64,000 bases of DNA from Candidatus Hodarchaeota archaeon (GTDB taxonomy: Archaea > Asgardarchaeota > Lokiarchaeia > Sigyniarchaeales > SOKP01), in contig JBHLJY010000001.1 in assembly GCA_048887225.1 (NCBI GenBank), positions 320,001-384,000 on the forward strand. The letters run 5' to 3'. Numbering within the stretch: the first letter of the stretch is position 1; each line of letters begins with the position of its first letter. Position numbers and translations under genes: made by a program. This document shows, in pieces, positions 57,770 to 64,000 of this stretch. The notes under the pieces are model-generated. The model had not been told where the DNA came from, searched no databases, and was given only the letters and a program-made list of their open reading frames with translations.

Positions 57770-58972
57770 ATGAAATATAGTGAAAAATATCCCAATGAGT
57801 GCGGCAAATTTGGGGATTTCGGAGGGATATTTGCTCCAGAAGTTCTCATGCCAGCGCTAACTGAGCTTGCTGAAGCTTTTGAAAAATATAGAAATGACTT
57901 AAGTTTTAAAAATGAATTTTATCAGATTCTCGAATCATATGGAGGGCGTCCAACACCCTTATTCTATGCTAAAAAATACAGTGAAGATATAGGATGCAAA
58001 GTGTATCTGAAAAGAGAGGATTTAGTACATGGTGGAGCTCATAAATTAAATAATGTAATAGGACAGGCTTTATTAGCGAAAAAAATGGGAAAAACAAAAT
58101 TGGTTGCTGAGACTGGCGCTGGACAACATGGATTCGCGACAGCTATTGCTGGTGCTTATTTCGGCATGGAAACAAAAGTATTTATGGGAGAAGTTGATAT
58201 TGTTAGGCAAGCGTATAACGTCTATCGAATGCAGCTTCTCGGAGCTGAAGTAATACCCGTAAGCACGGGTTCCAGAACACTAAAGGATGCAATTAATGAT
58301 GGACTTAGATATTGGATCACCAATGTTAGAGACACTCACTATTTAATGGGAAGCGTTGTCGGTCCACATCCCTATCCGCTATTAGTTAGAGAATTCCAAA
58401 GAATTATTGGTATTGAAACTAAGAAGCAAATAATAGAATTAGAGGGACGATTACCTAATGCCATTGTTGCGTGTATAGGTGGTGGAAGTAATGCCATTGG
58501 TATAATGTATGATTTCATTGAAAATGAAAATGTCCAGTTAATTGGAGTTGAGGCGGCCGGAGAGGGATTAGAAACAGGAAAACATTCAATAGCATTAGGA
58601 TTAGGTCGAAGAGGTGTTTTACATGGATCATTAATGTATTTATTACAAAATGAATATGGTAATATATTGGAGACTCATTCTATAAGTGCGGGACTAGATT
58701 ATCCCGGTGTAGGTCCTGAACATTGTTTCTTAAAAGAATTAACTCGCCTTAGAGTGGAAGCCGCAACCGACAAAGAGACTTTAGACGCTTTTCAAAAATT
58801 ATCAGTCTTAGAAGGTATCATTCCAGCATTAGAATCTTCGCATGCCCTTGCATGTCTGGAAAGAATTAAGGGTGAGTTTAATAAGGATGATATTGTAATA
58901 ATTAATTTATCTGGCTCAGGATCTAAAGATCTAGACATAATTAAACAGCATATGGAGTTTAAAGTAAAATGA
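57770..58972 (+). CDS. trpB: Tryptophan synthase beta chain (TrpB1)
   Basis: [36 protein letters not shown]. Confidence 0.97.
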   Translation: MKYSEKYPNECGKFGDFGGIFAPEVLMPALTELAEAFEKYRNDLSFKNEFYQILESYGGRPTPLFYAKKYSEDIGCKVYLKREDLVHGGAHKLNNVIGQALLAKKMGKTKLVAETGAGQHGFATAIAGAYFGMETKVFMGEVDIVRQAYNVYRMQLLGAEVIPVSTGSRTLKDAINDGLRYWITNVRDTHYLMGSVVGPHPYPLLVREFQRIIGIETKKQIIELEGRLPNAIVACIGGGSNAIGIMYDFIENENVQLIGVEAAGEGLETGKHSIALGLGRRGVLHGSLMYLLQNEYGNILETHSISAGLDYPGVGPEHCFLKELTRLRVEAATDKETLDAFQKLSVLEGIIPALESSHALACLERIKGEFNKDDIVIINLSGSGSKDLDIIKQHMEFKVK

Positions 58973-59808
58973 ATGATTCAAATAGAATTTTGAACCTTTT
59001 TAATGATAAGGAAGTAATAAACGAAAAATGTTTTATGCCTTTTCTAGTATGTGGAGATCCTTCAATTGAGCAGTTCATATCAATGGTTAAAAAGATCGAT
59101 CCATATATAGATATCCTTGAATTAGGAGTGCCATTTAGCGATCCAATTGCCGATGGTCCCACCGTTCAGGAGGCAAATATGAGGGCATTTGAAGCGGGAA
59201 TCAACACAAAAGTAGCTCTTGATACAATCAAGAGAATCAGAACATTTTTTAACAAACCGATTGTTATTTTAACTTATTATAACATCTTAATCCAAGGATC
59301 AGAGACAATCGAAAGTTCTTTGGATAATACCTTAAAATTATGTAAGGAAAGTGGTATAGATGGAATTGTTATCGCTGATCTCCCAATTGAAGAAGCAGGA
59401 TTAGCGTTGAAATATTGTAAAAAACATGACATATCGCTTATATTTTTAATTGCTCCAACAACTACAGACGATAGATTAGAAAAAATCTTAAAAGAAGCAA
59501 GAGGATTTGTCTATTTAATATCAATCTTAGGTGTTACTGGGGCTCGAGAAAAAGTCGCACAAATCACGAAAGAAACGATTAAAAGAGTAAAAGAAAAGAT
59601 CAAATCTAAAATACCAATATTCTTGGGATTTGGTATATCTAAACCTGAGCACGCTTCCACTCTAGTGGAACTAGGAGCTGATGGTATTATTATTGGTTCG
59701 GCAATAATAGACGTCATTAAGAGAAATTTAAGTGATTTTAATAAAATGGAGCAAGAATTAGTTGAATTTGTATCAAGTATAAAAAATGCGATAAAGAGGT
59801 CGAGTTAA
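58969..59808 (+). CDS. trpA: Tryptophan synthase alpha chain
   Basis: [28 protein letters not shown]. Confidence 0.97.
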   Translation: MNDSNRILNLFNDKEVINEKCFMPFLVCGDPSIEQFISMVKKIDPYIDILELGVPFSDPIADGPTVQEANMRAFEAGINTKVALDTIKRIRTFFNKPIVILTYYNILIQGSETIESSLDNTLKLCKESGIDGIVIADLPIEEAGLALKYCKKHDISLIFLIAPTTTDDRLEKILKEARGFVYLISILGVTGAREKVAQITKETIKRVKEKIKSKIPIFLGFGISKPEHASTLVELGADGIIIGSAIIDVIKRNLSDFNKMEQELVEFVSSIKNAIKRSS

Positions 59809-59810
59809 CT

Positions 59811-61307
59811 ATGGAATTTGATATACATATAGAAAAAATTGGTCATTTGGATAATATTTTTAGTTTTTATAAATATTTAGTTAAGAAATATGATTTAAAA
59901 AAACATGTTCTATTAGAATCTGCTTCGGAAAACACGAAGGAAACCCTTTACAGCTTTATAGCGTTAGAACCCGATTATATGCTGGAAATCAATGAAGATA
60001 AATATAAAATTTTCGATATCACTACTGAGCGAGGGGAAAATATTAATGATTACGTAGAATCTAAAGATATTTCGGAAGAAAGGCCGCATAATCCACTGCC
60101 ATTTAAGGACAATGTTGAATATAACATGGTCGCCCTTGATACTCTAAGTTCTCTTACGCCATATTCAAATCTGCCTTTCACGGAGTTATTTCCAAGAAAT
60201 ATTTTCTACGGCGGAATGTTAGGTTATATAGGATATGATGTTGTTGCCCCATATGTAGGTTATAAATCTACTAGTGAATTTTCTGATATTTTAATGGGAT
60301 TATATACAAAAGTGCTTGTTTACTCTCATGAATCTAACTTATTATTTATGATCGATAATAGTATCGATGATTACTCCCGAGATAAAGAAATTCGTTATCA
60401 GTTGAGTTTATTCAAGAGAAATAACAGTTCCGCCGAAAAGAAGGAAATTCCCTTGGATATCGAAGATATTGATGAATCTGGGTTTAGATCTAATACGTCC
60501 AAATCCGCTCACGAGAGAATGGTTGAAAAAACTAAAGAATATATATATGCAGGCGATATAATACAAGCAGTTATTTCCCGAAGATTATATACTGAGAGTA
60601 AGATTGACCCTATGGCTATTTATGAGGTTCTACGGGTTTTAAATCCTTCACAATATATGTATAACTTAAATTTTGATGATATTAAAATCATAGGGAGTAG
60701 CCCTGAAGCGCTGATTTCTAAGAATAAAGACGTTCTTAATACTGTTCCGATTGCTGGTACAATAAGGAGGGGCAAGACTCCAGAAGAAGACCTTAAATTG
60801 GAAAAAGAATTACTTAATGATCCCAAGGAGCAAGCCGAACATCTCCAATTGGTGGATCTTGGGAGAAATGACCTTGCTAAAGTTTCATATCCTGGTTCTG
60901 TCGAAACTTATGAATTTATGATAATTCAAAAATATCAAAAAGTTCAGCATATTGTAAGTAAAGTTAGAAGTAGGACACCTTTAGACGGCTACGAAGTTTT
61001 GAAGAGCGTTTTCCCTGCTGGGACGCTCTCTGGTGCGCCTAAACTGAGGGCTATGCAAATAATACAAGAATTAGAAACAGAATCGAGGGGCCCCTATGGT
61101 GGTGGTGTGGGATATTTCTCGTTTAATGGTGATATGGCGTTTGCCATAGCCATCAGGACTCTATTTGGAATGGACGGGACATATTTTGCGCAAGCGGGAG
61201 GTGGCATTGTTTCCGATAGCCAGCCTCACGAAGAATACATAGAAACTTACAATAAACTATATAGCGTTCTAAAATCAATAAAAATAGCGGAGGCCAGAGA
61301 TAAATGA
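59811..61307 (+). CDS. trpE: Anthranilate synthase component I
   Basis: LLES, GSSPE, PIAGT, EH..LVDLGRND, FPAGTLSGAPK. Confidence 0.95.
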   Translation: MEFDIHIEKIGHLDNIFSFYKYLVKKYDLKKHVLLESASENTKETLYSFIALEPDYMLEINEDKYKIFDITTERGENINDYVESKDISEERPHNPLPFKDNVEYNMVALDTLSSLTPYSNLPFTELFPRNIFYGGMLGYIGYDVVAPYVGYKSTSEFSDILMGLYTKVLVYSHESNLLFMIDNSIDDYSRDKEIRYQLSLFKRNNSSAEKKEIPLDIEDIDESGFRSNTSKSAHERMVEKTKEYIYAGDIIQAVISRRLYTESKIDPMAIYEVLRVLNPSQYMYNLNFDDIKIIGSSPEALISKNKDVLNTVPIAGTIRRGKTPEEDLKLEKELLNDPKEQAEHLQLVDLGRNDLAKVSYPGSVETYEFMIIQKYQKVQHIVSKVRSRTPLDGYEVLKSVFPAGTLSGAPKLRAMQIIQELETESRGPYGGGVGYFSFNGDMAFAIAIRTLFGMDGTYFAQAGGGIVSDSQPHEEYIETYNKLYSVLKSIKIAEARDK

Positions 61308-61909
61308 AAATTTTATTTATTAACAACTACGACAGTTTTGTGTACAATTTGGTGAATTATTTCTGCCAAGTAGCACCAGATTCAAATATAATCGTTGAGG
61401 ATAACAATATCCCAGTTGATAAAGTCAAGAATATGAATATTGATAAGATTGTTATATCTCCTGGTCCAGGACATCCTAAGTACGATACAGGCACAGTAAT
61501 ACCCATCATTAAAGAATTTTATTCTAAATTACCAATATTAGGAGTTTGTCTAGGACATCAAGCGCTAGTAGAAGCATTTGGAGAATTGGAACATCCCGAT
61601 AATGACATCGAATATGTGGGACTGGCGAAAGTTGGTCCTATGCATGGAAAAATCTCAAAAATATTCCATGATCAAGAAACTATTTTTAAAGATATACAAA
61701 ATCCTCTAATGGGCGTAAGATATCACTCTTTAGCTGCTAAATCAGATTTATTGTCTCAAGATTTAAAAATCAGCGCTACTGCAGACGATGGCACTATAAT
61801 GGGCGTTCGTCACAAACATTACTGTATCGAGGGTATTCAATTTCATCCAGAATCCATTAAAATGAAGCCTCATGGAATTACAATATTGAAAAACTTTTTA
61901 AAACTATAA
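61304..61909 (+). CDS. trpG: Anthranilate synthase component II (glutamine amidotransferase)
   Basis: YDSFVYNL, SPGPG, GVCLGHQ, QFHPES. Confidence 0.95.
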   Translation: MKILFINNYDSFVYNLVNYFCQVAPDSNIIVEDNNIPVDKVKNMNIDKIVISPGPGHPKYDTGTVIPIIKEFYSKLPILGVCLGHQALVEAFGELEHPDNDIEYVGLAKVGPMHGKISKIFHDQETIFKDIQNPLMGVRYHSLAAKSDLLSQDLKISATADDGTIMGVRHKHYCIEGIQFHPESIKMKPHGITILKNFLKL

Positions 61910-62121
61910 ATTCGGTTAATTAACTTATTATTTTTACCTCACACTTATCCAATAATATGAAAGTAATACTGAAAATATGTCATACTAAATTATCTTACGA
62001 TAACTTCAAGGAAATTGTAGAAAAATTAGATAAGGTAAAGACACATTTATTATGAGAATTAATAAAAAAATTTGGAATAAAAAGAAATTGTAAAAAGAAT
62101 TAAGAGATCTTTAATAAATAT

Positions 62122-62307
62122 CTAAAGATCCCTAGCTTTTACGGTTTTTCTCCCATTTGCTTTAGCTCTCGCAATGGCTTTATCAAGAAGTTTTATAATA
62201 CTTGCATTTAAACCTCCCTTTTCATCTAATACAGCACCCGCTGTATTACAACCCTTCTTTTTAATGTGTTCTTTTACTTTAGATTTAACAAAAAGTGCAT
62301 CAACCAT
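62122..62307 (-). CDS. Short histone-fold protein with truncated alpha3 (DUF1931 / face-to-face or Bd0055-like)
   Basis: LFVKSKVKE...KAIARAKANGRKTVKARDL; GGAGGA RBS. Confidence 0.85.
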   Translation of the reverse strand: MVDALFVKSKVKEHIKKKGCNTAGAVLDEKGGLNASIIKLLDKAIARAKANGRKTVKARDL

Positions 62308-62990
62308 AATTTATTCCTCCTTTTGTAATTAATTTTTAATTTGTATAAGATTTTTTGTTATTAAATTATAGGATCAAGGATATAAAAACCTTTTCTCACT
62401 TCATATTAATTATATAATATCCATAAACCAAAAGGCATATAATAGTCCCAAAAAAGATTTTACAAATGCTCATTGCTTTTACATTAATGATAATAATAAT
62501 AATATTAGTTTTGGGAATTTAAAATAATGATATTCCAATAAAAACAAAATAATTTTGCGATCAAAATATTTCAATATTGAATTATTTTAATATAGAATGA
62601 TGTTCTCTGTTAAGAGAAGCTCTATAACGAAATTACTAAATTGGATTATAATTTAGAATGTAAATAATCAATGAGCCACTAATTAAGAGATTTGAAATAA
62701 TAAAGAAAAATAAAAGAGAATTCCATTAAATAATGCAAATATTAAACCATTTTTAAAATAAAAATTAAATATAATCATTACTTTATATACTATAGATTTA
62801 AAAATGATTCGATATCCTTTTATCTTAATTGTTCAATTAAATATTAAAAATGCGCTTTATATTAATTGAACAAGCTCAATAGGTGATTATCTAACTTTAA
62901 TTTCTCTCCTATAGAGATGATAAAATTTAGAAAGGTGTAGATTACAAATTTAGATGTATTTATTTTATGATGTAGAAAGGAGGTGATTGA

Positions 62991-63257
62991 ATGGGAAGTA
63001 GTGAATTTTTCATCAAAAGAGTATATGAAATAGTAAACGAAATGAGAATTCCTTTAATCGATGAAAGAGTACATGATAAAGTTAGCTTTAGTTCTAAAAA
63101 TACCGTGGCAACAGTAATTTTTAAATTTGAAGAAGATGAATCAGTTTTACGAGGATTTTTAGGATTAGCAGATTATTTTCATACAGTAATAATAAAACAG
63201 AAAGATAAATTCTATATTCCGAATAATTCTATATTGTTTAGATTGGAATGCTCCTAA
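62991..63257 (+). CDS. Hypothetical protein
   Basis: 88-aa ORF with strong GGAGGTGAT RBS. Confidence 0.75.
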   Translation: MGSSEFFIKRVYEIVNEMRIPLIDERVHDKVSFSSKNTVATVIFKFEEDESVLRGFLGLADYFHTVIIKQKDKFYIPNNSILFRLECS

Positions 63258-63375
63258 TTTGCTTCAATATATAATTTTTTCCTATTCTGTGTTCTTGACT
63301 TACAATCAATCAGATTTTAGGCAAGAAAAACATATAAAAAAATTTATAGGAATTATTAAGACAAGGTGATATTTT

Positions 63376-64000
63376 GTGAAAAATTCAGAAAAATTAAATG
63401 GTTTTCCACTAATTGGGGATGAATTTCCAGAGATGGAAGTAAAAACCACTCATGGAATAATGAAATTGCCAAAAGATTTTAAGAAACAATGGTTTATTTT
63501 GTTTAGTCATCCAGCTGATTTTACACCAGTTTGTACAACAGAATTTTACGCTTTCTCAAAACGATATAATCAATTTCTAGAGCTGAATTGTGGCTTAATA
63601 GGACTTTCTATGGATCAGGTCTTTTCGCATATTAAATGGATTGAGTGGATTGAGAAAAATTTAGAAGCTAAAATTCAATTCCCTATTATCGCGGATCATG
63701 GTGTTGTTGCTAAAAAACTTGGCATGATACACACTGCTAAAGGTACAAATACGGTTCGAGCAGTTTTTTTAGTTGATCCCGATGGAATTATTAGGTTAAT
63801 TCTCTATTATCCACAAGAACTTGGTCGAAATATCGATGAGATTATAAGAATTATAAAAGCACTCCAGACAGCTGATAACGAAAAAGTTGCTATGCCAGCA
63901 AATTGGCCTGAAAACGAGCTAATTGGCAAACAAGTTATTATTCCTCCTGCTTCAGATGTACAAACAGCAAAAAAACGACCAAATGAACACTCATGTAAGG
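63376..64000 (+). CDS. Peroxiredoxin (archaeal Prx6-type), 3' end outside window
   Basis: Not in the ORF track. GGTGAT RBS then GTG 63376; [33 protein letters not shown]. Confidence 0.93.
   Translation, partial: MKNSEKLNGFPLIGDEFPEMEVKTTHGIMKLPKDFKKQWFILFSHPADFTPVCTTEFYAFSKRYNQFLELNCGLIGLSMDQVFSHIKWIEWIEKNLEAKIQFPIIADHGVVAKKLGMIHTAKGTNTVRAVFLVDPDGIIRLILYYPQELGRNIDEIIRIIKALQTADNEKVAMPANWPENELIGKQVIIPPASDVQTAKKRPNEHSCK

Noticed and set aside
643-60826. The many 60-120 aa ORFs nested in or antisense to long genes
   Set aside because: Fully overlap well-supported CDSs and show no recognisable motifs or RBS.
61580-61625. Extra ~9 aa in TrpG as an in-frame intron
   Set aside because: Could not build a BHB fold; more simply a loop insertion.
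62227-62248. 9-bp hairpin TAATACAGC-N4-GCTGTATTA inside the histone gene as another BHB intron
   Set aside because: No 4-bp central helix with flanking 3-nt bulges; the ORF is intact and the segment encodes the expected L1/alpha2 region.

Overview
AT-rich archaeal DNA, most consistent with an Asgard archaeon of the Lokiarchaeia/Promethearchaeota. This is an inference from the ftr gene, longin-like domains, an HTH-V4R regulator, GTGAT/GGAGG ribosome-binding sites, oligo-T terminators and a tRNA intron. The window holds metabolic genes (LsrF-type thiolase/aldolase, Zn-dehydrogenase, CCG Fe-S proteins, GlcD-like oxidoreductase, acyl-CoA ligase, Ftr, PhnN-like kinase), two MacB/FtsX ABC systems and several regulators. 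It also holds an intron-containing tRNA-His, a ~20 kb surface-protein region with a duplicated two-gene cassette, a complete trpD-C-F-B-A-E-G operon, a short histone-fold gene and a partial peroxiredoxin. Two signals stand out. First, the lsrF-like gene carries a 32-nt insert that folds as a bulge-helix-bulge (BHB) intron, and excision at the canonical cut sites exactly restores the conserved GVDMGRN motif, making it a candidate protein-coding intron. Second, an unannotated 23-aa ORF with four Trp codons (WFWVWCW), alternative hairpins and a U-tract lies upstream of trpD, making it a candidate ribosome-sensing trp attenuator in an archaeon. Also notable are a 78-bp inverted repeat between divergent surface-protein genes, paralogous surface modules with conserved frameworks and hypervariable loops, and likely non-canonical start codons. 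Family assignments come from motif recognition only; no database searches were run.
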